From Epithemia pelagica (lineage: Eukaryota; Protista; Bacillariophyta), in the NCBI GenBank assembly GCA_946965045.2, contig OX337239.1:2976001-3040000 (forward strand): a stretch of 64,000 nt of DNA, given 5' to 3'. The notes beneath the pieces are model-generated. The model did not search any database. It saw only the letters and a list, made by a program, of their open reading frames with translations, and had not been told where the DNA came from. Positions 37,095 to 50,788 of the stretch are shown piece after piece (the first letter of the stretch is position 1; every line of letters starts with the position of its first letter). A program made the translations under genes and the position numbers.

Positions 37095-39005
37095 GTATGC
37101 TAACTGCTGATAGCCCTTGGCAACATCGTTCGGCCGCCTTTGCCAACGCGGAGGAGAAACTGGGTGTAGCTGCAGCTACTGCCGTTCGCAATGGCGATCA
37201 ACATTCGATTGCATTCAAAATTCGATTGCTGCATCCTCTATTCCAAGCCTTCTCCACTCCACAGCCTTATCTGGAAGCCGACGCAAATGGCAATGACCTA
37301 TACAAACGATTGATAGCGACGGTCACCGTTCATCCAGAGAAGGAGGAGCCTGTTGAGGTCCCGGAGGATCACCGTGAACGTAAATTGTTCATGATCAAGA
37401 CTGCCAAAGAGTCTTCCCCAGCCAAACCTGCTGGAAAGGGAACACTTGATGCAACCGTACTGTCACAGCGTTGGGGCATAGGATTGTCCAAAGCAAAGAA
37501 TACGCTGAAAGTGACGAAACGTTTTAATCCCGTCCGAGCGTAAAGTCCGCAAAAAGGCGCCATGGCTCAAGTTCCCAAATGTGAAAGGCCGTTGGTTCTC
37601 GGATGAGATGTTTTCCAAGGAGGTCTCACTGAACTGGGACACAGGTGCCTCTGTCTTTACTGATGGCAAAGGATTTGATCACGTTTACCCCTGGAAGTCC
37701 AAGAAGCAACATCCTGAAGGATTGATGTCTTTGATTCACAATATAGGGATTCCCCAAACAATGGTATCTGATGGTGCCAGGGAATTGTTCCAAGGGAAGT
37801 CCCGTGAAATATGCAACGAATATCGCATCAAGATGGAGAAAACGGTTCCCTACAGTCCATGCAGAATGCCGCCAAAGCGAGCATTCGTGAGCTAAAGAAG
37901 GGAGTAGTCAAAGTCATGAGAATGACCAGAGCACCACGACGTCTATGGAGCTATGCTCTTAAATGGTGCACACACGTACGGCAACTCACGGCATCCGACA
38001 TCCCTCAATTAGATGGACGCACACCGTTCGAGCATGTGGTTGGCTCCACACCCGACATTTCTCCATTAGCCATGCTCCAATTCTATCAGCCGGTGTATTA
38101 TCGCACGCCCACGTCTCAGTTTCCCTTCGAGAAAAAGCTGATTGGACGATGGTTGGGCCTTGCCGATGATTGCATGGATGATATGGCCTATGAAATTCTG
38201 ACGCATGAAGGCAACCATGTCACACGGAAAGATGTGTAGGCCATTCTGGATGACAATCTCAAGAATCCGACGATTCGACAGCAGATGACAGACTATTATG
38301 CCGCTATTCAGACAAAACTGAAAGAGCCACCATCTGTGGTACATCTGGGAGTGATCCACCCCCAGACCTCTTTGACGAAGGCGAGATAGTTGAGGCCTAA
38401 TGTCCAGAAGCCGAAGCACTGGAATCCGATGCATACACACCAGAGGAGCTTGATGAATATCTAACTGCTGAAGTCATGCTGCCGCGAGGAGGTGAAAGTG
38501 CTCGAGCGACCATCATTGGACGCATTAAAGATGCTTATGGACGACCAATCGGTGAGCGTGACCCTAATCCAATCCATGATACCCGGTACTACGATGTACA
38601 GTTTCTGGATGGATCGGTTGAGTCATACGCCACTAATATGATCGCCGAGAATCTTTATGCGCAAGTTGACCAGGAGGGCAACGCATTCAACACATTTAAA
38701 GCCATTGTGGGACATCGTAGTGATAAGACCGCTGTTAAGAGAACCGACGCATCGTTTCTTGATGGTACGTCACGTCACACAAAAAAAGGCTGGAAACTAC
38801 AATGTGAACTGTCCGATCAATCAACTGTTTGGCTGCCGCTGAAAGACGTCAAGAATGGCAATATGGTTGAAGCCGCCGAATATGCAGTGTCCGCCGGCAT
38901 CGCCAAGGAGCCCGCTTTTGCATGGTGGGTCCCACGTCCTCTTCGTAAAGGAGATAGGATTATCAAGAAAGTCCGCTCTCGTTACTGGAAGATTCGGCAC
39001 AGTAC
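37095..39005 (+). mobile_element. Decayed copia pol fragment C (integrase region), same family as the 52905 element
   Basis: Visibly close nucleotide paralog of ~56312-58250. Frameshifts and stops; truncated at both ends. Confidence 0.9.
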
Positions 39006-39034
39006 TCGGGTTACCCATAAACTGAAAGCGAGTG

Positions 39035-39676
39035 TGGAAAAAATGACAACGACCAGTAGACGCGTACAGGTGGATCGAGGAAACAATGCCCGTCAAAAGG
39101 CAATGAGTGACCGCAACCCAGCATACAAAGACTGACGCGAAAAAGATATAGAGAAGAAAGAGAGAGTGGCCAGGCAATGATAAGGAAAACCAAGTCGGAA
39201 ATCAGGCAAACAATCATTTCTCATTATCTGGGCAAAGTACTAATGTTGGAAACGTACAAGAAACTGCATGTGAAGATATTGATAGATCGGTGGAGCAGGG
39301 TTCATATGACAGTCGATCCAGACCTCTGTTGGGAGACTCCACGATGAATGATAATATGAGAGATGACCATCCATCATCCTTCATTGGATGCGATATCTAT
39401 GGCGCAGGTCTATGCTACCTTGGCTATGTTCAGTTGAAACCTGGATCTATAGCATGCGGACTCGCAGATGCAAGCGAGGCGGGTGTACGCTAAGCTATAG
39501 AAGTCCGGCGCGCACTCATTGCTACCACTTGCGAGTTGACGTAGTTGCTATGGCAACTACCAAGTCGAATGACGACGCGGAACTCGAGCCTCAGGCACGA
39601 GAAACCACGTTTGACACAGACTCCGTTGTAATTCTCATCGACATTGGAGCATCAGCATGCATCACTAATGATCTTG
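39035..39676 (+). repeat. 642-bp copy of 44828-45469
   Basis: Identical ORFs at offset 5793 (39290/45083). The match runs from TGGAAAAAATG to AATGATCTTG. Confidence 0.92.
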
Positions 39677-39679
39677 GAG

Positions 39680-41014
39680 TGACAAGGATAGACTTACTTC
39701 AAGGAATATTTTCGAAGGAACGGGCTCACTAACAAAAACATGAAAGAGACATGGTGGGTTGAACATGTGTGAAAAAATATTTGGGAGTGAAAAGGTTGAA
39801 TGTACTTGCCACATTCGCAAGAGCTTTAAGACTCTACCCCCATCAGAATGCCCTTGTGCTCTTCTTCTTGGCTTACTTGTGTCTCTGCATCTTCTTTAGC
39901 CCAAGTCAAGAAGGATATATGGAGGTTTTACAAAGATGGTGTTCTCAAAGATACGTTCCAGACGATGTACCCAAATGATGAGTATGGTAAAATGCCTTCA
40001 TTGGAGGAGATGTTGGAGATGAGAGGAGATGATTGTAATAATATTGCCTTTGCATACATGATCTTGGTGTTTGCTCCAGCTGTCTGCGGAGAGTCAGTGA
40101 CGAAGGAAGTTTTTGATTTTGACCCATCAGACAAAAATATACCAGAAGATGAAAAGAAGAGATGGTGGAAGACGGCAGCAAAGAAATTACACCAAACAAT
40201 GAGGCATTCATGTTAACAATTCTTGAGGACAATTGGGATGTGTGGACATCAGAGGCAACCCTTCAGTTGAAACAGTCAATCAAGGCATTAGACCCAATCT
40301 GGTATGGTGATATGAATGTTGAGAAGGAACAAGTAAGTGAGCAAGTGGATAAATATAGATATTCCGGAAGAATGGGTAAAAACAGATAGATGGATGCAAG
40401 AGGGTTGAACAGGTATGAACAACTACAAAACGATGTCTTTGAAGACAGGAAGAAAGAGGTAGACAATGAATTTTGGAGATTTCTCAATACAGAGTATTGC
40501 AGAGTGATGAACTATGGTACTAAAAGAAAGGGTGGTAGTACTGGGCAACAGAAGCGGAAGATATATCTATGTGAGGAGACTGAAGATGAGGAGTCTGTGG
40601 ATGGGGATGACGATGTGCAAGTGCAAACAGTATCAGTGCCAATTTAGGTAGAGGTTTAAGACTAACATGATTGCCAAAATGCCTGTATGACAAGTCCTAG
40701 TATGAAGTGATGATGCCCATGAATTGAAAATAGTATGACCAAGTGAAAGCACATGTGTTGTTTATATCATGTCAGGGGAATGTCCATGTGTGGTTTATAC
40801 TATGACGGTGTATGACGTCAACGTTACGCAAAATGCTGACGTGCACAAAATTTTGATTTGGTTTTGCGAGCTAAAGGATTGGCCTCACTTCTTGGACACA
40901 CGCTCGCCCACAGCAGACGCGTACTGTTCAGAATCTAGAGTTCTGGCAACGCGGCGCGATTCCGGATCCCTCCCTTAACGGGATTGATGGGTGGGGGGCC
41001 TATACCCCCCAGTG
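39680..41014 (+). mobile_element. Remnant of a possible CACTA/CMC-like element (accessory ORF plus CAGTG end)
   Basis: Broken ORF with EAFMLTILEDNWDVW and GLNRYEQLQNDVFEDR. Ends ...ACCCCCCAGTG (reverse complement CACTG). No left end found. Confidence 0.35.
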
Positions 41015-41210
41015 CTGGTTAAGTACTTAATTATAATGTTAATCAATGAGAAAGTGACTCAGGAACGACGAGGATTGCGATATGAGGAAAATACCAATAC
41101 ATCATGGGTATGGCAAACCGTGGACTGACGGGCTCAGGTATGAAATAGGCCCAATGTGAATTATTTGGTTCGGATTGGGACTAGTGACTAATGACTGGTG
41201 AAAAGGGTCA

Positions 41211-42768
41211 TTGTCCTCCTTGGGGAGGATTATGTTGTGGGTTGCGGTTGCAGGTGACTTGCTTGTTACGACCTCACAAAATTGTCCTCCCTCGACAAAA
41301 AGTGGACATAAAAGGAAACTCCCCCTAATAACCTGTGGACAAATCATGGTAACAAGACTTTGTTCTACGAAATACTGGAAAAGGACGGCCTTGATCTTGA
41401 CCGTAGCACTGTTGACCATCTCCGTGCATCACCTTGCTGGCTTGTTGACGACTTATGAAGCAAGTGTGAATATCCAAATCCAATCGATACATTGACAGTG
41501 TTTTGAATCCAGATCAGAATTACTTGAAGAATGAAACCACCTCTTCTTTATCAAGTGCCGTTGTTGTCGAAGGAAATCACAAGGCCGTGCATTTGACTCA
41601 ACCCAGGGAAGTAGGACTGATGTCTATGAAGAGCAGCGCTTCCCCTAGTTCACGAACAATTCAAGCTAATGCATCTGTCCCCTGCTACATTCTTGTTGAG
41701 AATGGAGGTGTTGACTGGCATTATGAGCTTCTTGAAAGCACTGTGCTGCATTACCCACTGCCTTGGAAGTTACTCAATTGCAGTCCTGCCGAGGACAATC
41801 CTGTTCTTTTTGATTTCTCGGTCAAGAAAGCAAACCGAGGCCGAAACAACGAAAGTATTGGTTGGAGGAACTACTTCCACCAACATTTACAAAACACCAT
41901 GAGGCTACGTGTGGATGGTGTCCCGACACTTTTTCACCAACTCACAGATGAACCAAATTACCCAAAGAAGCGCCCTTACTACAATGCAATTATTCATATT
42001 TCTTCCTGTCCCCATCACCTGCTGCTCAGCAATAACCGCGATTTCTGTGTTGGGCACATTTTGCATAGTTTTGCCAGAAACTGGAAAAATAAGACAGTCG
42101 CTGAGCAGACGACCTTAATTGCTCGTACCTGTTGGTTGAGTCCGATGCATCAATCATGTTTCTTCATTCCCAAAGAGTATCCAGTCGTCTCTTCTCTTTC
42201 ATCTTGTTCCGACAGAAACAATCGCCTCAAACGATCTCTTCGCATTTGCACTAGTGGAAGTGGACGCTATCACGAACAACTTGCCATTGCACTAGAACAA
42301 CTTCGCCCACCTGACGTGCTGGCATACATTCATCATCGAAGCACAAAAATACCAAAACCGTACATTCAAAGAAATGTGACGCAATGGATAAAAATTGTTC
42401 AGGAAGCGGACTTTGTCAATTTCTCTCAATCCATTGGAAACTGCGATATCATGCTCCCCCTGTTGGATCCAAAAGTTAATGCTGGTTACTTCGACACCAA
42501 TGCCAAGAAAACCTCTGGCCAGATGGGGCTTGCTGTGGGTTACAAGCTCCCAACAATTGTACACAAAGAAATTTTCAAGTACTACAAGCCCTATCTGGAA
42601 CAGTCATCAGTTTCTTACGATGACAACAAAAGCTTTGTCTCAGCTCTGGAGAAGGTTCTGAAGAGAAAGCAAGCAGATCTTGAACTAGCATGTGGTGAAA
42701 AACAAGCCATGTCGGATCATCCTCATCCTTCGGATCCACCACCTACGCACGACACGGCTGTGGCATGA
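41211..42768 (+). CDS. Host-like type II membrane, glycosyltransferase-like protein with an apparent frameshift at ~41480
   Basis: TM segment ALILTVALLTISVHHLAGLL. Luminal domain WHYELLES...CDIMLPLLDP...KKTSGQMGLAVGYKLPTIVH. Confidence 0.5.
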
Positions 42769-43593
42769 CCACATCTTCTTTGCATCGTCGTCGTGGTGGA
42801 GTCCAGGAGACGGTAACCATGGGTGTGGTCCCAGCGGTAACGGTAACCGTTTATACGTAACTCCGATACATAATTGTTTGGTAGCACACGGTTTAGAGGT
42901 GGTGACGGTTTTGGACCAGAAGCGTAACTATAACAAAATGCAATTATTAACACACGTTTCACTCATCACCATGTCTCGTCCTTGTGAATTTCGGAACTCT
43001 GTTCTAGTTGGGGTGACATGCTGCTGGTAATGGCCATAAAGCTGCACCTTTGTGAGGCCACACGAGATTCAAAGAAGTTGCGTGTCATTTGATGGAACCG
43101 CAAAAAGAAAAAAAAACACAGTTGGACAACGCAATACTTTGTTGTCCTATAGAGAGAGAAGGTGTCCACAAAAAATAAAATAGTACATGCTACCAATACA
43201 GTGTTGACCATGACTACGTACAAGGTGCATCCTGTAACGATCCAAATAGACGGATAGAGCCGCAACAAGCACTGGCATGTGAGAATATAGCAACCATAGC
43301 ACGTCTCGCGGTCACCTAGTTTACCCAATCTACAGGATGTTCGCTTCGCTTTGCATACGACTGCAAGGACAAGCATTAGGTGAATAAAGGCTTGCCCTTG
43401 TTGTCCTTTTAGAACGTATAAAGCTCATAATAACAAAACAACCGATCTACGAATGCCCTTACGATTACGTCTTCCCAACCTATCGTAGAAATCACACGCT
43501 TCCTCTGCGAATAGAGACCAAGAGACCACCAAGAGTATCACCATAGTCGAAACCAGAGCTGCCAGAGCACGAAGAGTCGCCGCTGCTGCAATT

Positions 43594-46442
43594 ATGGACG
43601 CAGGCGGTGGAGGAGGAGCACCTCCAGCACCTCCAGGGGGAGGAGGAGCTGTCTTTGTACTTGGACCTGGACGAACTAACGACGTTCTGGACTTCACGGA
43701 ATCATCAGCCGTGAAGCTCTACTACAAGGCTATTGCTCCATTGGAGACCAAGTTCGATGGACAGCCGGACAACATTGCTGTCTTCCTTGCTTCCGTCGCT
43801 GACCGAGCTCGCCGTTTCCACTGGACGAGCATCCTGACCATCCCTGTGGCAGGAGGAGTCAGTCGCAACCTCATCAAGGATTATGCCCAAGTCACTGCTA
43901 CTGAAGTACGAACACGAGCTACGACCTATCAGGATCAACAGATGAGAGACGCGCAAAACTCGGACATGCTTTATTACTTTCTGATCGAATCATTGACAGA
44001 AACGTTTAAAGCTCAGGTCTTGTTGTTTGTGGACAACTTCACAATCAACGATGCACCCGATGGGATTTGTCTTCTCAAACAGATTGTCGTCCTCACCTAC
44101 ATCGACAATAGGGCAACTACAGCCCATATCAGAGCCACTCTCATCGATATGTCCGACAAACTGACTGAGCTTGAGGGCAATATTACCCTGTTCAACAACT
44201 GGGTGAGAACACAACAGGCCCGGCTTAATGCGCGTGGTACGGATGCTCCCGACCTACTTTCGTATCTATGGAAGGCCTACACTCATGATCAACATGACTC
44301 TGAGTTTGTGGCCTACATAAAGGACCTTCGCAATATGTACAATGATGGTCGCGCCAACCACACGAGTGCGCAACTCATGGTCCTAGCTGAAAACAAATAT
44401 AAAGAGCGAGTGCAATCAGGTGACTGGGGTCAACCATCCGAGGAACAAGCTGAGATTGTGGCACTAACTGCTAAACTCCATACAGTGGAGAAGCAGCTTA
44501 ATGCACGATCTAGCAGTCAAACGAAAAAGACTTCCTCAGGGAAGCAACAAGGCAAGGCATCGACCAAGAACTCGTCCAACAAACGCCCTGCAACGACTGC
44601 TGATGCATCCAATAAATCCAAGCAGAACAAATATGCTTGGAAGGATGTGAAACCATCTGGGAATGAGACCAAAGTGGACGGCCATCCAACAAAGAAGAAG
44701 GATGACAAGCTCTACTATTGGTGCTTGAACCACACAACGATGGCAAAGGCAAGTGGGTGCTGCATCACCCGAACGAATGCAACAACACTGCCAACCAGCA
44801 GCAATGGCAACAACAAAGCTCAGGCACTGGAAAAAATGACAACGACCAGTAGACGCGTACAGGTGGATCGAGGAAACAATGCCCGTCAAAAGGCAATGAG
44901 TGACCGCAACCCAGCATACAAAGACTGACGCGAAAAAGATATAGAGAAGAAAGAGAGAGTGGCCAGGCAATGATAAGGAAAACCAAGTCGGAAATCAGGC
45001 AAACAATCATTTCTCATTATCTGGGCAAAGTACTAATGTTGGAAACGTACAAGAAACTGCATGTGAAGATATTGATAGATCGGTGGAGCAGGGTTCATAT
45101 GACAGTCGATCCAGACCTCTGTTGGGAGACTCCACGATGAATGATAATATGAGAGATGACCATCCATCATCCTTCATTGGATGCGATATCTATGGCGCAG
45201 GTCTATGCTACCTTGGCTATGTTCAGTTGAAACCTGGATCTATAGCATGCGGACTCGCAGATGCAAGCGAGGCGGGTGTACGCTAAGCTATAGAAGTCCG
45301 GCGCGCACTCATTGCTACCACTTGCGAGTTGACGTAGTTGCTATGGCAACTACCAAGTCGAATGACGACGCGGAACTCGAGCCTCAGGCACGAGAAACCA
45401 CGTTTGACACAGACTCCGTTGTAATTCTCATCGACATTGGAGCATCAGCATGCATCACTAATGATCTTGCTGACTTCCTACAGCCTCCAACGAATGTCAG
45501 TGCTCAAGTCACAGGAATCAGTCGCCAAAAAGTGCTAGCTACGAAAAGAGGAACAGTGGCCTGGAGATTCGAAGATGACAATAGAGTGGAGCACAGGTTT
45601 GTAATTCGTAATGTTTACTATGTGCCTGATGCTCCTCACCGAATCTTGTGTCCGCAACAATGGGCGCAACAAGCCCATGATCAGAAACCCATGGCAGAAG
45701 GCACTGGGTGTATGACGACTAGTAAACATGTCGTGTTGTTTTGGGACCAAAGACGATACAGGAAGTCCATCCCATTGGACACTAAACTCAACATTGGCCT
45801 TGCAAGAACGGCATCCGGATACAAACGCTTTGCCACTTTCATGGCTAATGTGGCACACAACTGGGAACCCGAGACGGAACAAGTAGTGTTCGAGACTCAC
45901 ATCATACCTGTTGATGAATCCACTGCACCACGACAGTTGGATGACGACGACATGTCGTTTCAACCACCTGACCCAGTCGATCCGCCCACAACGACGGATC
46001 CACCAATCAGACAATATGGTGGCGATGTGCCAGCCACCACTGAAGACTTGCCAACGACAAGTCAAGTGGAGTTTGCCTTACCAGACAAACCACATGTCAT
46101 ACCTGATGACGAGGAGCCACGCACTTTAACACCACACGATGAATTGTTGCGTTGGCATTACCGATTGGGCCATGTCTCATTCCGGAGAATCCAGCTCATG
46201 GCCAAACGAAATGAGCTGCCCAAGAAACTGTTTGAGGCCAAAATTCCTTTGTGCCCAGCCTGTCAATATGGCAAGATGATAAGGCGACCGTGGAGAACCA
46301 AACCACAACAAACAGGCAAACAAGTTCGCACAGTGACAGCACCAGGACAAGTTGTCTCTGTGGATCAACAACTGGAATCCACAACTGTGGGCTTCATCGG
46401 ACAACTCAAGGGCATCTTGACAACCCGGCGGTACAAATATGC
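43594..46442 (+). mobile_element. Ty1/copia element D (gag, protease, start of integrase), 3'-truncated
   Basis: Gag KLYYKAIAPLETKFDG and YYWCLNH, protease ILIDIGASAC, WHYRLGHVSF, CPACQYGK, VVSVDQ. Confidence 0.85.
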
Positions 46443-46789
46443 CAAAGTGAAGAAGAGATGTGCAAAAGTTTGGTTTATGCATTACCCGGTGGGTGGTTTA
46501 AAGATTCACAGTTCCAACCATCTTTTCCCGGGTATCCCAATCGATCTTTCGATGAGATGATACATATATACACACAGTTTTCTGTGTTCCTAAATAGACT
46601 TTCACAAGAAAAGGAAATACAGGAAAGAAGGGGGGCTCGGTCAAGGAAGAACAGAAAATCTTCCAAATATTTTCCGAGTTTCGATTGTCAAAAAATGCTC
46701 GGCGATATCACACCGGAGGAGAAAACATTGTCTAACAAGCGTTCTGTTCGGGGATATTACAGTGAACCTGTCCAGAAAAAAAGAAAACT

Positions 46790-47010
46790 ACTGCCGGAGG
46801 GAAATGGTGTAGGTGGTATGGTGGGTAAAGAACACAAATCGACAAAACGGCTTCTTCCCTCTGAGCCACCACATGGTGTACGTGGCATGGTGCGTAGGGA
46901 AGACAAATCGACGAAACCGCTTCTTCCCTCTGAGCCACCATATGGTGTAGGTGGTATGGTGCGTAAAAGAAGACAAATTGAATAAACGGCCTCTTCCCTC
47001 TGAGCCACTG
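46790..47010 (+). repeat. 3 x ~69-bp coding-like repeat (KRLLPSEPPHGVRGMV...)
   Basis: CTTCCCTCTGAGCCAC at ~46855, ~46924 and ~46994. Confidence 0.85.
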
Positions 47011-48174
47011 GAAGATGACAGCGTTCCAGGTAATGCTCTTGTTATTGTTGTCAAAGAGGACCCCGAAGGAACGCTTCAGAAAATTGTTGATTGCAATCCC
47101 CAACCTCCTGGATTGGATGTTCAGCTTATACCAAAACCTCAAAAACAAGATCAACGGCTATTGTCGGTTCTGCCACGGGTTGGGCGAAATGACCTAGGGA
47201 AGAAGAGACAAGTTCTGACACATGAGAACGAGAAGAAAATTCAGGAACCCAAGAACACAAATCCAAACAAATTGAAACAACCACACTCACATCAACCACG
47301 ATATACAACGAAGACTATCGTTCCAAAAAAAGAGAACAGAAAAACTGTGACGACTGCCAAGAGAGCACCACAGGGAAAAACCATGGCAAAAAATACTCCA
47401 GCAGACACTGGACCTAAACAAGTGGAACCAGGAAAAACCTCTCAAACGAAGTTGTTTGCAGATCTAGATAATCAGAAACGAAAAAAGAAGGAGTTAGTGA
47501 AAGGAAAGGAAAAGAGTGACACCCGATATGCACAAGCAGCAGAACGCCGGAAAAAGAGAAAGCTGCAACTGAACAGAAATATGGACTTTATGACCCGTTT
47601 GGCTATTGCTCATGCCTGGGAGCCTGATGAAGTTTGTGACAGAGCAATATTTGTCTGTCACACCTGTGGAGTGTACAATAAAAACATTGATACTGAATAT
47701 ATGGGAACAGACGTCTTCATCCCACACAAGTCTTGTCGCAAAAGACACTGTTGTATGACGGGATGTGATATAGACCATTTCATAATAGAGTCATTTATGA
47801 CATTGTATCAACATCAATACCATCAAGACATCTCTCTGTCAGAGGGTCGATCAAGGAATCACCTGGTTTTCCTAAGTTGCAATCTTTGTCCAAACACTGA
47901 AGATATGCTGTTAGCATATGACGACTATCATCGAGACTTGCTACACATGTTCAAGGATCAAACACCAACACCTAGTTCAATGTTGTTTCTACTTTCTTTC
48001 AAGGAGGAGGGAGAAAGATGTCCAACTGATCAAGCTTCGGAGTTTGAAATATTTCATCATCATTGTCTCCTCCTTCTATCTCCGGAGGAAAAAAAGGGAC
48101 ACTATCTGACCCGTCTGAAAATGGATCCATCGACAAATGGATCTACGGTATTCAGTGGATTCTCCCTCGACTAG
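46951..48174 (+). CDS. Hypothetical Lys-rich/Cys-His-cluster protein
   Basis: 407-aa ORF with CHTC, HKSCRKRHCCMTGC and CNLC. Confidence 0.5.
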   Translation: MVWCVKEDKLNKRPLPSEPLEDDSVPGNALVIVVKEDPEGTLQKIVDCNPQPPGLDVQLIPKPQKQDQRLLSVLPRVGRNDLGKKRQVLTHENEKKIQEPKNTNPNKLKQPHSHQPRYTTKTIVPKKENRKTVTTAKRAPQGKTMAKNTPADTGPKQVEPGKTSQTKLFADLDNQKRKKKELVKGKEKSDTRYAQAAERRKKRKLQLNRNMDFMTRLAIAHAWEPDEVCDRAIFVCHTCGVYNKNIDTEYMGTDVFIPHKSCRKRHCCMTGCDIDHFIIESFMTLYQHQYHQDISLSEGRSRNHLVFLSCNLCPNTEDMLLAYDDYHRDLLHMFKDQTPTPSSMLFLLSFKEEGERCPTDQASEFEIFHHHCLLLLSPEEKKGHYLTRLKMDPSTNGSTVFSGFSLD

Positions 48175-48310
48175 GTGTTTTGAATATCCAATCAAATAAA
48201 CCACCTCCTGATTTGAAGAATCCCAAATCAACGACATCTCAGGAAAGATCTGAAGCTTCCAGGTCTCCAGGAAAAAAAAGGTCATCGGTATAGAGATTTC
48301 AGATTGGTAT

Positions 48311-49033
48311 GTGAATCTCGATCAACGCTGCAGAATGTATATCACACGGGAATCGTACATTCCATCAAAAATCGTTCTTTCAGTTGTGTTTACAAGATTG
48401 TATGATGCAATAACCAAGGGCGCAAAATGTTTACATGGGAAACTATCTCTGGTAGATCTCCCTACTAACTGTGAAGACTGTCGTATTGCGCTCAACTCGC
48501 TCATTCAAGACAGTATTCTACATGCAAAGTCAACTTCCTGTTTACACCCTTTATCATTGACGGAAATTCCACATGATATTAAAGAAGCTACAATCACAGA
48601 GGATGCCATTAAGAATTATGGAAAGAAAGTCGCAGCAAAAACGCGAAAAGAAGGAACAAAATACAGAGATAGTGGTTACAGCAAGGGTGTTTCTAAGGAT
48701 GAGTATACACAGACCATATTGGAGGAAAATTCTGCCTATCATTTGGTTCAGAAGACTATCAAAGAGTTGCAAGAGGGTGGAGCGTGTCCAATTTGTCATA
48801 ATGATGTGGAAAATTCTGAAGAAATGTATTTTTTGGAATGTGGTCACATGGTCCACAAGGTTTGTTGGAGTGGTCGGGCTGGTTTCGGTCTAGATAATTC
48901 AAAATGTCCGGTATGTGAAGCATCCGTATCAGAAAAAAAAACAGAAGGCAGTAATTTTGTTTTCTGGTTTCGAATATGCCCTGGTCAAAGAGAACTTGAT
49001 AGAAGCACAGGGTTTGGACCAAGAAAACAATGA
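48311..49033 (+). CDS. RING-H2 finger protein
   Basis: C-x2-C-x14-C-x-H-x2-H-x2-C-x13-C-x2-C (CPIC...CGHMVHKVC...CPVC). Confidence 0.75.
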   Translation: MNLDQRCRMYITRESYIPSKIVLSVVFTRLYDAITKGAKCLHGKLSLVDLPTNCEDCRIALNSLIQDSILHAKSTSCLHPLSLTEIPHDIKEATITEDAIKNYGKKVAAKTRKEGTKYRDSGYSKGVSKDEYTQTILEENSAYHLVQKTIKELQEGGACPICHNDVENSEEMYFLECGHMVHKVCWSGRAGFGLDNSKCPVCEASVSEKKTEGSNFVFWFRICPGQRELDRSTGFGPRKQ

Positions 49034-50788
49034 TGAGAACAACGACGTCCCAAATACAGAAAAAGTCATGACCGGAAATAAAGATATGCCAAATGATCGG
49101 GCAGGATTAGTAGACAAGGAAGACGATGAATCAGAGAGTGAACAAAAATACATGGAGTCAAAGTCATCCAAGTCGGACCGAGTAGATTTACCAATGGAAG
49201 AAAATCTAAAACCACCGGCCAAGGAGAATAATGAACCAATGAAAGAGGACCTCAAACCAGCGGCAGAGGAACATACCAAGTTGGATGAAAACTTGTCGAC
49301 CGAGGAACGAATCAGGAAACAAGCTCATTCTCAAAACGACAAAGGCAAAGAATCCAAGGAACAGAAAAAAGAAGTAGAGAGGAAAGGCAAAGAGAAAGCC
49401 CAAAGGAGGAAGGAGAAACACGGGAAGGCAAAGAATCCAAGGAACAGAAGAAAGAGGTAGAGAGGAAAGGCAAAGAGATAGCCCAAAAGGAGGAAGGAGA
49501 AACACGGGAAGGGCAACGCAAAGAGAAAGCCCAAAAGGAGAAAGGAAAATCTCAGGATGGGCAAGACAAAGAGACAATGAAAATTGACGGTCATACCACC
49601 AAGAACGCCAATTAAATGAATGTACCTAGGGTGCTACCAGAGGATCCCAACAACAAAAGGAATGAAAGGAACGTAAATGAAACTCCTCGAGAACCGACCA
49701 TAAAGAGCACGACAACAAGGGAACCAACACAAACAACACCTATCTCACAGTCACAACCCTCAAAGCTTTCTCGATTATCGAATTCGGTTCCTCCAAGGAA
49801 CCATCCATCTTCACTAGAACAAGGTTCACTAAGTGCACCTGTTCCAAGAACATCAAGCAAAGAATTTCGTTCACATTCACGAAATTCTGTATCTTCACGA
49901 GGGAATTTTCCACGGTCAAGAAATTCTGCTTCTCCACATGGTTCGTCGAGTATTGCTGGTGGTCATCCAAAATGACAAAGACAAAAATTCCAGGGTCCTC
50001 CGGGAAGAGTTCATCCATATGGTAGTCAAAAAGATCGATATCATGATTCAATGAGGGAAAGTCTCGATTTCCAAAGTGTCCAACGAATTGTTGAATTTCC
50101 ACCACCACCAGAAGGCTATATGTTGGTGCGGAAACCTGAATATCAAGAAAATCACATGTCATACCAGTCAGTACATCATCCAAATGATGGAGGTAGAGAA
50201 AGATCACTATATTTACCAACCGACAGAGATAGAGGATATCCAAGAGAATTTCGACAATCGGGACGGCATGACGAAGACTCTAGAAACACGAACTGGATGG
50301 AAAGAGGAAGTAGTAGAGAATATCAAGGAAAGGAGGAGTTCAATAGATCGAGAAGGGTGAGAGAAATACGAGACGTGAGAAGAAACGAAGATGAATGGTC
50401 TGTTGATCCCCATAGAAGTCCAGAATCTTCTAAAAAACGGAGTAGAAGAAGAGCACCACATAGATACGATCAGGAAATTGGAACTTAGGATGATGAGTAT
50501 GATCATGCGGGTAAAGAGTATAGAGTGCGAAGAGAACAAGATTCTATCCCTCAAGGACACAGGGAGAGAGATTATCAAGAGAATGAACTCAGAGAAAGAG
50601 AATACCCAGGTCGGAGATCACAAGGGGAAGATGATTATGTACAAAGAGAAAACAGATATAGAATTGACTACCCAGACGATCAGAATGAACGAAATAACAG
50701 AGAAAGTCAATCCCCCAAACATCAAAGGGAAAATGGAGAAGATTATAGTAGCGAAGAAGATCAAGGATATAGGTCAGTTCCTTCTTGA
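48915..50788 (+). pseudogene. Low-complexity Lys/Glu then Arg/Asp/Ser-rich coding tract with premature stops
   Basis: 49616-50788 is one frame with two isolated stops (49973 TGA, 50486 TAG). ~83-bp repeats at 49344 and 49427. Confidence 0.5.
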
